A stretch of DNA of 64,000 bases from Escherichia phage vB_EcoM_VR7. The DNA is taken from sequence record NC_014792.1; one strand, given 5' to 3'. Below are positions 33,167 through 44,423 of this stretch, piece after piece. The notes beneath the pieces were generated by a model, which worked only from the letters and a program-made list of their open reading frames with translations, searched no databases and was not told the origin of the DNA. Position numbers and translations under genes: made by a program. Each line of letters opens with the position of its first letter. The stretch's first letter is position 1.

Positions 33167-33579
33167 TTCTTCACCTTATGTTGGTAGTTCCACGGGGGAT
33201 TAAAAAGCTTTATGAACATCGGCTCTTCCAGAGACATAGTTTCGACTGACATCGTACCAAGTTCATTGGTCATTGATAGATTGAAACATTGTCGTGCATA
33301 GAATACCACCTTTTGACCTGCATGTAAAGCTTCATGTATCATCCGGGATTTGTTTGAATCACTCGTTTGTTCTATACGATTGATTGCAGTCCGGTAATAA
33401 TTGATTCGCTTCTTCAGGTTGTTCGTCTTACCAATATACACTAGTTCATCGTCAACTGAAATAGCGTAGATAACATTTTTCTTGTTCGCGAGTGTAAGGG
33501 TAGGGATTTTACCATCGACTAACTCTAACTCCGCATATTTTATAAAACTGTATTCGTCAGCGATTTGTTTCATAGACAA
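33163..33579 (-). CDS. denA: endonuclease II (GIY-YIG nuclease)
   Basis: 138 aa; GIY-YIG-like motif VIYAISVDDELVYIGKTNNLKKRINYY; T4 denA position between rnlA and nrdB. Confidence 0.7.
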   Translation of the reverse strand: MSMKQIADEYSFIKYAELELVDGKIPTLTLANKKNVIYAISVDDELVYIGKTNNLKKRINYYRTAINRIEQTSDSNKSRMIHEALHAGQKVVFYARQCFNLSMTNELGTMSVETMSLEEPMFIKLFNPPWNYQHKVKK

Positions 33580-33581
33580 AA

Positions 33582-33598
33582 AGGGCCGAAGCCCTTTC
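33582..33598 (-). terminator. Hairpin terminator between nrdB and denA
   Basis: GGGCCGAAGCCC hairpin with T-run on the minus strand. Confidence 0.5.
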
Positions 33599-33599
33599 C

Positions 33600-34778
33600 T
33601 TATAGATATTTACGGAAACCAGCAAGAACATTCTCATCGACGTCATTGTCAATCTGGGCTACCAGGTAAGCGGACAACTCAACTTCTTGTGGCGCAGATT
33701 GCACATTATCAGAATTGAGATATTCGCGAATCCATGGAATCGGGTGCTTAGTAGATTCTAACACGATTTCACAAGGGAGACCGCATTGCTTCATACGAGA
33801 AACTGTCAGGTAATCGATGAACCGGTTAAGAATCTCGACGCTCAGCCCGGGGAGTCCACCATCTTTAAACAGATGCACAGCCCATTCTTTTTCCTGACGA
33901 TTGACTTCCATGAAAATAGCTGCGGCTTCTGCTTCACATTCGTGAGCAATTTTAACCCATTCGTCACCGTCAACACCAGTCTGCAGCTGACGAAGAATAT
34001 ATTGGGTTCCCTTAAGGTGGAGCTGCTCATCACGTGCGATGAACTTCATTATCTTCGCATTGCCTTCCATGATTTCCATGTTCTTATGGAAGTTGAAAGT
34101 ACAAGCAAAAGATACATAAAAACGAATTGCTTCCAGGGCGTTAATGACATGCAGGCAGAGATAAAGAGATTTCATCAATGCTCGTTTGGCAATAGCTTCT
34201 TGTTTGATAGCTCGTTCCAAACGTTGGTCCACTTCGGGAGTTTCTTTGGCCAGTTCAACAAAAGCAATCTGGTTTTGCCATTGACGAGTTTTATTCAGAA
34301 CATCATCATAGTAATAGCCAATTGATTCGGCTCGCTTCATGATTGCATCATCTAACAGGATTTCGTCGAATACCTTCGCCGGGTCTGTATAGAGATTTCG
34401 CATGATGTGTGTATAAGAACGAGAGTGAATTGTCTCGCTGAATGTCCAGGTCTGAATCCATGTATCAAGACTCGGGTCAGAAACTAATGCGGCTAATGCT
34501 GCAGCCGGAGCACGACCCTGGATACTGTCCAGAAGTGATTGGTACTTCAGGTTATTGGTAAAAATATTTTGTTGATGTTCAGGAAGCTTATTAAATTGAG
34601 CTCCGTCCATCATCAGGTTTACTTCCTCGGGCCGCCAGAAGAATGACAATTGCTTTTCTGTTAATTCTTCAAAAACTTTATGACGCTGGATATCATAACG
34701 GGCGATGCCCAATCCTGAACCAAAAAACATCGGCTCGGCTAAAACATCCACCGGAGTGGTATTAAAAACTGTACTCAT
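33600..34778 (-). CDS. nrdB: ribonucleotide reductase small subunit (uninterrupted, no intron)
   Basis: 392 aa continuous ORF; strong match to class Ia R2 and T4 NrdB. Confidence 0.95.
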   Translation of the reverse strand: MSTVFNTTPVDVLAEPMFFGSGLGIARYDIQRHKVFEELTEKQLSFFWRPEEVNLMMDGAQFNKLPEHQQNIFTNNLKYQSLLDSIQGRAPAAALAALVSDPSLDTWIQTWTFSETIHSRSYTHIMRNLYTDPAKVFDEILLDDAIMKRAESIGYYYDDVLNKTRQWQNQIAFVELAKETPEVDQRLERAIKQEAIAKRALMKSLYLCLHVINALEAIRFYVSFACTFNFHKNMEIMEGNAKIMKFIARDEQLHLKGTQYILRQLQTGVDGDEWVKIAHECEAEAAAIFMEVNRQEKEWAVHLFKDGGLPGLSVEILNRFIDYLTVSRMKQCGLPCEIVLESTKHPIPWIREYLNSDNVQSAPQEVELSAYLVAQIDNDVDENVLAGFRKYL

Positions 34779-34816
34779 TTTATTTCCTCAATAGCTCATC
34801 CATGAGCATAATTATA

Positions 34817-37072
34817 TCAAAGTTTACAAGCGGAGCAGTCTTCTGCTTTAGGAGCTTCGATTTCGTAATCGTCTGTTCCGGAACCGTCTCTAGTGTTATG
34901 ATAATAAAGGTTTTTTCCACCAAAATACCAGAAGTACATCAAGTCGTCAAGCATAACTGACATCGGAACTTTTCCTTTCGGAAAAATCTGTGGGTCATAG
35001 TATGTGTTTGCTGAAGCTGATTGACATACCCATTTCAACATAATAGCTACCATCGTAAGATAAGGTTTATTACCTTTCTTAGCTAGCACCCATGCATAAT
35101 CGTACAATCCTTTATTGTGCTCAATATTGGGCACGACTTGATTAAAGGAACCCTCTTTTGACTCTTTAATAGAGACTGGTCCACGCGGAGGTTCGATACC
35201 GTTTGTACTGTTAGAAACTTGGGAAGATGACTCACAAGGCATAAGTGCTGATAATGTGCTATTACGGATGCCATATGCAACCAGGTCTTCCCGCAACTGC
35301 GCCCAGTCACAAACGTAGTTTGGAGCTGCGATTTGGTCAATCTTTTTATTGTACCAGTCGATAGGTAATTCGCCTCGAGCCCAACGAGTGTCTGAATAAT
35401 ATTCGCAAGGTCCTTTTTCTTTGGCGAGCTTGATTGATGCTCGGATAAGGCCATATTGTAATCTCTCAAATAATTCATGGGTTAAATCGTTTGCATCAGC
35501 GTAAGAAGCGAAATTGCTTGCCAGCCATGCAGCATAGTTAGTAACCCCAACACCCAGGTTACGGCGTTTTTTGGCTTTCAGAGCTTCTTTAACCGGATAA
35601 CCTTGGTAGTCCAACAGGTTATCAAGAGCACGAACTTGAACTTCAGCCAGCTCGTTAATCTTGTCTTGGTCCTGCCAGTCAAAACTATCCAGAACAAATG
35701 CAGACAATGTGCACAATCCGATTTCAGCGTCTTCACTGTTTACATCAGTAGTCGGGATTGCAATTTCACAACATAAATTCGATTGACGAATCGGAGCCTT
35801 ATCGCGGATGAACGGAGTATAGTCATTCACATTATCAACGAACTGCGGATAAACTCGGGCAGTGCCGGAACGTTCGGTCATGAATAATTCGAACAGGTCT
35901 TTTGCTTTGATGCGCTTCTTACGAACTGTCGGGTCTTTTTCCAAGGCTTCGTATAACTCACGGAATTTATCCGGGTTATCAAAATATGAATAATACAATT
36001 CACCACCGGCTTCGTGTGGACTAAACAGAGTGATGTAATCATTCTTAGCCAGTCGTTCCATCATCAGGTTATTCAACTGAACACCATAGTCCATATGTCT
36101 GATGCGGTTTTCTTCAACGCCCTTGTTGTTCTTCAGAACGAGTAAATTTTCAACTTCCAAATGCCATAAAGGATAATAAGCAGTAGCAGCGCCGCCACGG
36201 ATTCCACCTTGTGAACAGGATTTAACAGCCGTTTGGAAATGTTTCCAGAACGGAATAACACCAGTATGCTTGACTTCACCCATACCGATTTTCGAACCTT
36301 CAGCACGAATCATGCCAACGTTGATACCGATACCCGCCCGCTTACTGATATATTCGATGATTGAATTGGCGGTCTTATTGATTGACTTCAGGGAGTCAGC
36401 AGCTTCGATAACCACACAGGAACTGAACTGCCGGGTAGGTGTTCTGGCGCCCGCCATGATAGGTGTGGGCAACGAAACCTGTCTTGTGGATACTGCATCA
36501 TAAAAACGGCAAACGTGCTTCAGACGGTCCGTTGGTTCATCCTGGTGCAGTGCCATGCCGATAGCCATGATAGCGAATTGCGGAGTCTCGTAGATTTTAC
36601 CGGTGGTTTTATCTTTAACCAGGTATTTCTCTTTCAACTGCATCGCGCCTGCATAAGTCAGGTCAAAATCACGTTCGTGTTTGATACGAGATTCCAGATA
36701 AGTAATCTCTTCGGCGGAGTAGCTTGACAACAGTTCCGGGTCATATTTGCCTTCATTGACACAATAAGAAATCTGGTCAATAAAAGAACGTGGCTCGAAC
36801 TGACCATAGACATCTTTACGCAGAGCAAACATCGTAGCTTTGGCCGCAACATATTGGTAATCTGGTTCTTCAACCGAGATAAGTCCAGCAGACACTTTGA
36901 TGATAACCGTCTGAATATCGCGAGTAGTCATACCATCGCGCAGATGTGGTTTGATTGTTTCGTATAATTCATACGGGTCGATATTAGTTCCTTCACATGA
37001 CCAGGAAAGAACTTTAATAATTTTCTGGCCATCAAAATCTTGAGATACGCCACTACTTTTTTGTACTTGCAT
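34817..37072 (-). CDS. nrdA: ribonucleotide reductase large subunit
   Basis: 751 aa; near-identical to T4 NrdA over long stretches (GIGINVGMIRAEGSKIGMGEV, C-terminal CSACKL). Confidence 0.95.
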   Translation of the reverse strand: MQVQKSSGVSQDFDGQKIIKVLSWSCEGTNIDPYELYETIKPHLRDGMTTRDIQTVIIKVSAGLISVEEPDYQYVAAKATMFALRKDVYGQFEPRSFIDQISYCVNEGKYDPELLSSYSAEEITYLESRIKHERDFDLTYAGAMQLKEKYLVKDKTTGKIYETPQFAIMAIGMALHQDEPTDRLKHVCRFYDAVSTRQVSLPTPIMAGARTPTRQFSSCVVIEAADSLKSINKTANSIIEYISKRAGIGINVGMIRAEGSKIGMGEVKHTGVIPFWKHFQTAVKSCSQGGIRGGAATAYYPLWHLEVENLLVLKNNKGVEENRIRHMDYGVQLNNLMMERLAKNDYITLFSPHEAGGELYYSYFDNPDKFRELYEALEKDPTVRKKRIKAKDLFELFMTERSGTARVYPQFVDNVNDYTPFIRDKAPIRQSNLCCEIAIPTTDVNSEDAEIGLCTLSAFVLDSFDWQDQDKINELAEVQVRALDNLLDYQGYPVKEALKAKKRRNLGVGVTNYAAWLASNFASYADANDLTHELFERLQYGLIRASIKLAKEKGPCEYYSDTRWARGELPIDWYNKKIDQIAAPNYVCDWAQLREDLVAYGIRNSTLSALMPCESSSQVSNSTNGIEPPRGPVSIKESKEGSFNQVVPNIEHNKGLYDYAWVLAKKGNKPYLTMVAIMLKWVCQSASANTYYDPQIFPKGKVPMSVMLDDLMYFWYFGGKNLYYHNTRDGSGTDDYEIEAPKAEDCSACKL

Positions 37073-37203
37073 GTTTTCCTCTGTTATAAAATGGGGTCAT
37101 GCTTATACTAACACATGACCCCTGGAGCGGAATCGTATTTATAGAAGGAAGTTAAGTCCGACCATTACGACCAAAAATAAAATGCCAGCAATTTGAATTT
37201 TCA

Positions 37204-38862
<1,659 letters not shown>

Positions 38863-38866
<4 letters not shown>

Positions 38867-39204
38867 TTTAATTCCTTAACTGCCTTTTTAATGGCAGTAA
38901 AATCTTTGCGAATATCGAGAACCAATTTGTAAAGATGTTTAATTGTATCTGTATCAAAATATGATACCGCGCAACGTGATTGGCGAATATCTTCTAATGA
39001 ATATTTGCTTTCGCTTGTGCCATATCCAATGATACCACTAATGCACTTGTCATTAAGCGTATACTTCTGGGGGACATCAATAATATTTTTAGGATAGATG
39101 TAAAGGCTCCAATCAAATTTTTGTTCAAGCGTATTAACCTTAACTTCAAGAACCAGTTCAGGATGCGCATCATCTTTAGCAAAACAAGTGTATTCAACAA
39201 GCAT
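38863..39204 (-). CDS. hypothetical protein (frd.2 position)
   Basis: About 113 aa from MLVEYTCF with GAGGAAAA RBS; the longer track ORF is rejected. Confidence 0.45.
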
Positions 39205-39214
39205 TATATTTTCC

Positions 39215-39454
39215 TCACGCTTTCTTAGCGATTTTCCAGTCAGCTTTAAATTGGTCAACATCAGAGTGGTGAATCCAGAAACCAGATGAGCTACCATCTT
39301 CATAAAGAGGACAACCATCACACTCATCTTTCCAACCCATTGCACACAAAGTTTCTTCTGCTTTTTCCAGAGCTTCTGGATTGTTACCTTGGATTGTGAA
39401 GTACCATTTGCCTTTAACTTCTGAATCTTTGATGCTCTCACGTTTTAATTTCAT
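39215..39454 (-). CDS. hypothetical protein (frd.3 position)
   Basis: 79 aa; Cys/His-containing (CAMGWKDECDGCP). Confidence 0.45.
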   Translation of the reverse strand: MKLKRESIKDSEVKGKWYFTIQGNNPEALEKAEETLCAMGWKDECDGCPLYEDGSSSGFWIHHSDVDQFKADWKIAKKA

Positions 39455-39513
39455 TTTATTCTCCTCAAGTTGGTAAGGCTATAGTATCACTACCATAGCC
39501 CTGTTGTAAACAT

Positions 39514-39741
39514 TTATTTTTGAATTAAGCCCATATAAAATTCAGCATCTTCAACATGCATACCATCACAATACTCGTCAGTCATAAAACGAGTCAGGTC
39601 TTCAAGAGGGCCTTGAACTTCAATTTGGATACTAAAGAATTGAGTATCTTTTATGTAAGTCATACTCAAAGAAGGATAACGATTACGGATAACTTCGTAA
39701 GTGTATTCAAAATCAACAATATCAATATTAACTTTAGCCAT
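39514..39741 (-). CDS. hypothetical protein
   Basis: 75 aa; RBS and early promoter upstream. Confidence 0.45.
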   Translation of the reverse strand: MAKVNIDIVDFEYTYEVIRNRYPSLSMTYIKDTQFFSIQIEVQGPLEDLTRFMTDEYCDGMHVEDAEFYMGLIQK

Positions 39742-39805
39742 TTTATTTTCCTCATGTAGTTGATAGGTCTATAGTATCTCAACCATAGACAGTGTACACT
39801 ACTTT

Positions 39806-40072
39806 TTAAATTTTATCAAGCCATTTGCCAAGTTTAGTCATTTCTTTAGTAGCTTTTTCTAGACTTCTGAACTTGACTAACAAAGGATAAGTATCTACAC
39901 CCATAACTAAAGTGGTTACAAGACTATGCTCGCCTACAAGCCATAGAGAATACGTTTGAACATCAAGTCCGTAATTTCGGTCTTTATGAACACGTACACC
40001 CATCACTTCAAACTGTTCGCTGGCTTTTTCTACTGCATCCAGGAAATCATCTTTAGTCATATTAAATTCCAA
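39806..40072 (-). CDS. hypothetical protein
   Basis: 88 aa ORF. Confidence 0.4.
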   Translation of the reverse strand: MEFNMTKDDFLDAVEKASEQFEVMGVRVHKDRNYGLDVQTYSLWLVGEHSLVTTLVMGVDTYPLLVKFRSLEKATKEMTKLGKWLDKI

Positions 40073-40433
40073 AGGTAGCTTTAATCAAGGCAATGACTTC
40101 CGCTGCATTTTTGTGATTAACCTGCACATGAATGGTTTGCGTGTCAACAACAGGAGCTGGAGCTTCATCCACTTCTAAGAAGTATTGGAATTCACCTTCA
40201 GCGAGCTCGAAATAGTATTCACCTTTCATGTCCATGGAAGTAAAGATTGTCCCGTCTTTCATTTCAATCATTTCAACAAAATACTCACCATAATAGCATC
40301 CCATATCCAGAACTTTAAAGGTGTCACCACACTCTGCCATCCGCTTAACCATAAGTGCATTATCATCTGGACAGTCAGCGATGAAACGTTTTTTAGCAGC
40401 GGGGTCTAATACGTAAGTTTTACCAGTTTCCAT
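40062..40433 (-). CDS. hypothetical protein
   Basis: 123 aa; RBS and early promoter upstream. Confidence 0.45.
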   Translation of the reverse strand: METGKTYVLDPAAKKRFIADCPDDNALMVKRMAECGDTFKVLDMGCYYGEYFVEMIEMKDGTIFTSMDMKGEYYFELAEGEFQYFLEVDEAPAPVVDTQTIHVQVNHKNAAEVIALIKATFGI

Positions 40434-40510
40434 TTTTATTTCCTCAGTTGTTATCAGCAGTTGATGGAATCATTATGCCTTAGCTCAAGGAGCTTGTACA
40501 CTACTTTTTG

Positions 40511-40540
40511 AAAATAAAAAAGGGACCCGAAGGTCCCCTT
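40511..40540 (-). terminator. Rho-independent terminator after gene 32
   Basis: GGGACCTTCGGGTCCC hairpin followed by TTTTTTATTTT on the minus strand. Confidence 0.7.
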
Positions 40541-40543
40541 ATA

Positions 40544-41455
40544 TTAAAGGCCAGCCAGAAGGTCGTCAAGACCATCATCAGAAGGCTCTGGAGTGCTTGG
40601 AGCAGTCGCAGTGCGTTCAGACTTAGCAGGTTTGTTGGAAGTGAAGTCTTCCATATCTTTATCAAAATCGTCCAGGTCAGCGCCCAGTTTATCAGCTTGT
40701 GCAGCAGCTTTAGAAGCAGCACCGCCGAGAGCAGCCGTACCCATTACTTTAGAGAATTTCTTCTGATTCTCTTCAAGGGATTTAAACACCAGCAATTCAT
40801 TCAGGTCAGACATTTCGTCCCAAAGTTTTTTCTGGAACGCTTCATCATTGATGCCAGCGATTTCAGACTGGTTCATGAATTTGGAATCATCGTAGTTTTT
40901 ATAACCGGAAACCATTTTAGATTTCAGTACGAAGTTCGCACCTTCAAAAGGACAAGTTACATCAATAGCTGTTTCGCCCATGTCAACATCGACTTCAACC
41001 ATCTGGTTGATTTTGTCCATGATTTTCTTACCGAAGCGGTATTTGAATACTTGACCTTCGTTAGACGGAACAGCAGGGTCTTTAATGACCAGGATGTTAG
41101 CCCAGTAAGAAGTATTACGCTTCAGTTTACGATATTCGGATTCGTTTGTATTGTACAGGTCATTCTTATTCATGTACGCACACACAGGACAGTTTTCATA
41201 GTCGCCGTGAGTAGAAGTACAGTTTTCAATATACCATTGACCAGCATTTTTAAAGCCGTGGTTAACCAACTTAATGAACGGAGATGGATTTTCTTCATTC
41301 TTAGAAGGCAGGAAACGAATAACCGCAGAGCCGACGCCATCAGTATCTTTCAGTTTCCATTCTTTTTTATCGTCAGAAGAGAAACCGGCACCACCTTTCA
41401 GAGCGTTCAGGGAAGCGGCGAGGTCAGCTGGGTTACGACGTTTAAACATAGACAT
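40544..41455 (-). CDS. 32: gp32 single-stranded DNA-binding protein
   Basis: 303 aa; strong match to T4 gp32 (AVIRFLPSK...HGFK..G.WYIE.C.STHGDY; acidic C-terminal tail). Confidence 0.95.
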   Translation of the reverse strand: MSMFKRRNPADLAASLNALKGGAGFSSDDKKEWKLKDTDGVGSAVIRFLPSKNEENPSPFIKLVNHGFKNAGQWYIENCTSTHGDYENCPVCAYMNKNDLYNTNESEYRKLKRNTSYWANILVIKDPAVPSNEGQVFKYRFGKKIMDKINQMVEVDVDMGETAIDVTCPFEGANFVLKSKMVSGYKNYDDSKFMNQSEIAGINDEAFQKKLWDEMSDLNELLVFKSLEENQKKFSKVMGTAALGGAASKAAAQADKLGADLDDFDKDMEDFTSNKPAKSERTATAPSTPEPSDDGLDDLLAGL

Positions 41456-41525
41456 AGTGATTTCCTTAGATTATTTGATTTTAACAGTTGTTTTGATTAC
41501 GTATTAATTATACTACTTTTTATTT
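41456..41525 (-). promoter_or_regulatory. gene 32 leader: middle-promoter-like element plus A/U-rich 5' UTR (probable gp32 translational operator)
   Basis: Minus strand reads GCGCTTTA, 12 nt, TATAAT, then an A/U-rich leader of about 45 nt before the ATG; operator function is inferred from T4 biology. Confidence 0.4.
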
Positions 41526-41636
41526 AAAGCGCATTTATCACGGTGACGTTTTAAATGATTTATAGATGTTTCATATCCACATAAATCACAAATGGCCCTT
41601 GGTAATTTTTTACCTTTAAACCCTTTGGGATGAATA

Positions 41637-42185
41637 TTATCTGGGTTTGAGTAACGGCGCTTTAGCAGAATCACTAAGAGTTTTTATCACTTCAATACCT
41701 CTGATATTATTTATTTTATCATCTTTTTCATAAAAGCGATTTAAGCCTTCAGAAATTGATTTCTTATGCTCCGTGCTTTTTGGAACATCCTTTTGTGCTT
41801 CCGAAATACATTGATTTGTGTATATGGAATTTTTCATTCCATATCTTGGTGCGCGTTCACCGGCACCACCAAATGCACCATGAGCTGTTGCTTTATTAAA
41901 GAATAGCGGTGATTTTGGTATATTATAATGAGAGTGGTACCACTCTTCCTCGTCCAAAACATCTTCACAGACATCGAGTATTTTAACTGTCGGCTTTTCG
42001 AGTTGAATAGCTTCAAGAAAATCAGCTTGCTCACATGAGGACCAATATTCTCTTCTTGAAGTATATTTCAAATCAATTATAACACCATTTTCAAAAGCGC
42101 AATTATGCTTTGACCCAATGTAAAAATAAGGAGGTGTTTTATTTTTCAGACGAGTTTCAAATGTAAACCAATATACAACATTCAA
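41637..42185 (-). CDS. segG: GIY-YIG homing endonuclease (SegG-like)
   Basis: 182 aa; N-terminal VVYWFTFETRL...PYFYIGSK GIY-YIG-like motif; sits between genes 32 and 59 like T4 segG. Confidence 0.55.
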   Translation of the reverse strand: MNVVYWFTFETRLKNKTPPYFYIGSKHNCAFENGVIIDLKYTSRREYWSSCEQADFLEAIQLEKPTVKILDVCEDVLDEEEWYHSHYNIPKSPLFFNKATAHGAFGGAGERAPRYGMKNSIYTNQCISEAQKDVPKSTEHKKSISEGLNRFYEKDDKINNIRGIEVIKTLSDSAKAPLLKPR

Positions 42186-42835
42186 AACTTACACCCTTTA
42201 ACAGTCTCGATGAACAATTTACGAGCTTCAAGAGCATCTATATTTAAGATTTTCTTATAAGCATTTAGTTTGGTTGAATACTTATCCCAAACCAAATCGT
42301 TAGTCTGTTCATCATGTTTATTTATTATATGCAAAAATGAGTCAAGCAAACAAAACGTTTCAAATGAGATAACATTCGATTGGAGAAGTTTGAAAATATA
42401 ACTTGTGTTCACTTTAGTATTATACTCAAAAATCTCTTGAAGCGATTTGACTTCACTTTTCTTACTAAAGTAATAGATGTTCTTTATATCATCTTCGTAT
42501 ACTTGTTTAATTCTTTTAAGTCTGCCGATGTATTCCCTATAAAATATCAGAGCATCGGCATCACTTATATCACCTATCCATGCATCCTGGTTCGCGACCA
42601 GGTTTGACATGAATATTAACGTTAATTCTTTGAGAGTGTACTTATCGCTAAGCTTTTCGAAAAAATACTTGTCACGACGTTTTTGATAAGCACTATCGGA
42701 GATTCGCATGGTCCAGTTATATTTGATAATATCATAACGACCCGAAAAATGCTGTTTGATGGATAAGTACAGTTGATATACTGATTTACCATTTATGTAT
42801 CGGTTGTTATTTGGAGGCATGCGAATCGTAATCAT
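42182..42835 (-). CDS. 59: gp59 helicase loader
   Basis: 217 aa; near-identical to T4 gp59 (YNWTMRISDSAYQKRRDKYFFEKLS...ANQDAWIGDISDADALIFYREYIGRLK). Confidence 0.9.
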   Translation of the reverse strand: MITIRMPPNNNRYINGKSVYQLYLSIKQHFSGRYDIIKYNWTMRISDSAYQKRRDKYFFEKLSDKYTLKELTLIFMSNLVANQDAWIGDISDADALIFYREYIGRLKRIKQVYEDDIKNIYYFSKKSEVKSLQEIFEYNTKVNTSYIFKLLQSNVISFETFCLLDSFLHIINKHDEQTNDLVWDKYSTKLNAYKKILNIDALEARKLFIETVKGCKF

Positions 42836-43125
42836 AACAAAAAGTCCAGCGTATTAGTTTTCTGTGTACGAGACATACTTGGACGAAGCAGGTTATCATC
42901 ATATGCTTCGTTCATAATCTTATCAATGATTCCTGCCGGGATATATCGAGCAAAATTACCCTCAGGAACACCACGTTCTTCTAACCAGGCAGTCGTAGCT
43001 TCCAGATAAGACATTTCAGTTGACTCAACCATGGCTTCAATATCAAGCCCGTTTTGCTGTTTACTAATCGCCCCGGAAGGCGATTCAGTTTTCTGTGTAT
43101 CAAAATTAACTAAAGAGGACATCAT
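42832..43125 (-). CDS. 33: gp33 late transcription co-activator
   Basis: C-terminal two-thirds matches T4 gp33 (MSYLEATTAWLEE...NLLRPS...KTNTLDFLL); start is uncertain (43122/43125 or 43152) and overlaps the dsbA 3' end. Confidence 0.75.
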   Translation of the reverse strand: MMSSLVNFDTQKTESPSGAISKQQNGLDIEAMVESTEMSYLEATTAWLEERGVPEGNFARYIPAGIIDKIMNEAYDDNLLRPSMSRTQKTNTLDFLL

Positions 43126-43375
43126 AGAGCTCCACAGCTTCGGTTTTTTCATCTTCAAAACGCTCACGAGTACCTTTATGATACAGGCCGAGCTGTGTAT
43201 TGAACATCTTACCGTCAACACCTAATTCAGTTTTTGCCTTATCTTTAAGGTCTTTAATTTCGTCTGCATATGCTTCCATTTTTAATTTAGTATCGGAAGC
43301 AGCTTTAATCAGCTTGGCCAGTTCAGCACCGTGAGTATCAGGACAAAATTCAACTTTCACTTTTTTCTCTTTCAT
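43106..43375 (-). CDS. dsbA: DsbA double-stranded DNA-binding protein (late transcription)
   Basis: 89 aa; T4 dsbA position between rnh and 33. Confidence 0.65.
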   Translation of the reverse strand: MKEKKVKVEFCPDTHGAELAKLIKAASDTKLKMEAYADEIKDLKDKAKTELGVDGKMFNTQLGLYHKGTRERFEDEKTEAVELYDVLFS

Positions 43376-43383
43376 AATATACC

Positions 43384-44328
43384 TTAATAAAATTCAGCAA
43401 TATTTGCAGTTAGTTTAGACAGACCAGACTTAACAAAGTAAGGATAAACTTTACTTTTGGCTGGGATAGTGTAGTTATTATATCGTTCTAAGATTGAAGC
43501 GGATATTTCCGTTGGGATAAAGTCCATATCAATCAACAATTGGTTTTCACAGAATCTATTATATTGCTCTTCTGTTAAAAGCGTTTTCAGGACGTCATGG
43601 TCGTAATAGTTGAGCGCAATTTGTTCAAGCTCAGCAGCACGGGTCGGTGGAGTACGTTCACCTTCTTCGTGAGTGTAATAAAAATCACCACGAACTTTGA
43701 TGCTTGACACGTTATCTTTTTTGTCGCCTTTAACAACTTTTGTTACGCAATCCATAAGGGCATCGCCAGATTTTGTTTTTACATATTTTTTCTGCATCGG
43801 GGACCATTGTTTTACCCCAGGGAATTTATGCAACTGGGTAAAGTCACCATCCGAAGAAACAATCATAACCGGATGTCCGAGACCGGTGAGCAACTTCGTT
43901 AATACTGCAATATGGTCGTCTGCCTCAACTTTATCCATATTCATCACGATGTAAGGCATGTATTTTTCCATTTCATCAATGATGATGTGCATGGCAGCAT
44001 GTAGACCTTCCCAATCGAATTGAGACTCTTCACGAGCTTTCGCACGGTTTTTCTTATAATAATAAGATTTCGTCCGGCGCCAATAACCATTCTTCGAGTT
44101 ATCAACACAAATAATTGGAATCGTATAACCGAGCTTCTTGAACTGCACAATATTTTTTCTGATGGAGTTCAGAACCAGGTGGCGGGTCATTGCGGTTGTT
44201 ACCTTTGGATAACCAGCGTCTTTGCCGAATTCCTGGAATGCCGCAGCCATGATTAGCTGACTAAAATCGAGTAACTGAAAACCTTCTTTTTGACGGTCTT
44301 CTTCAGGGAGTAAAAAATCTAAATTCAT
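43384..44328 (-). CDS. rnh: RNase H (5'-3' exonuclease, FEN-like)
   Basis: 314 aa; strong match to T4 RNase H (YMPYIVM..DK.EADDHIAVL, SSDGDFTQLHK.P.VKQWSPM.KK). Confidence 0.9.
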   Translation of the reverse strand: MNLDFLLPEEDRQKEGFQLLDFSQLIMAAAFQEFGKDAGYPKVTTAMTRHLVLNSIRKNIVQFKKLGYTIPIICVDNSKNGYWRRTKSYYYKKNRAKAREESQFDWEGLHAAMHIIIDEMEKYMPYIVMNMDKVEADDHIAVLTKLLTGLGHPVMIVSSDGDFTQLHKFPGVKQWSPMQKKYVKTKSGDALMDCVTKVVKGDKKDNVSSIKVRGDFYYTHEEGERTPPTRAAELEQIALNYYDHDVLKTLLTEEQYNRFCENQLLIDMDFIPTEISASILERYNNYTIPAKSKVYPYFVKSGLSKLTANIAEFY

Positions 44329-44357
44329 ATGAACCTCTGTTCAATTAGTTGACTCGA

Positions 44358-44386
44358 TTATATTAGCATAAAATTTTTAAAGCAAT
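44358..44386 (-). promoter_or_regulatory. MotA-dependent middle promoter for rnh
   Basis: Minus strand reads TGCTTTA, 12 nt, TAATAT; GAGG RBS before the rnh ATG. Confidence 0.5.
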
Positions 44387-44393
44387 ATAAATA
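44386..44393 (+). promoter_or_regulatory. Late promoter (TATAAATA) for gene 34
   Basis: Exact TATAAATA 30 nt before the gene 34 ATG; divergent from the rnh promoter. Confidence 0.65.
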
Positions 44394-44423
44394 CACGTAT
44401 ACCAATCAATAAGGATAAAGCAC

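Noticed and set aside
33786-34325. 179 aa plus-strand ORF inside nrdB
   Set aside because: Antisense to a highly conserved nrdB; spurious.
40508-41527. 339 aa plus-strand ORF antisense to gene 32
   Set aside because: It lies entirely opposite the strongly supported gp32 CDS and has a Ser/Arg/Phe-rich low-complexity translation with no RBS; it is an antisense artefact.
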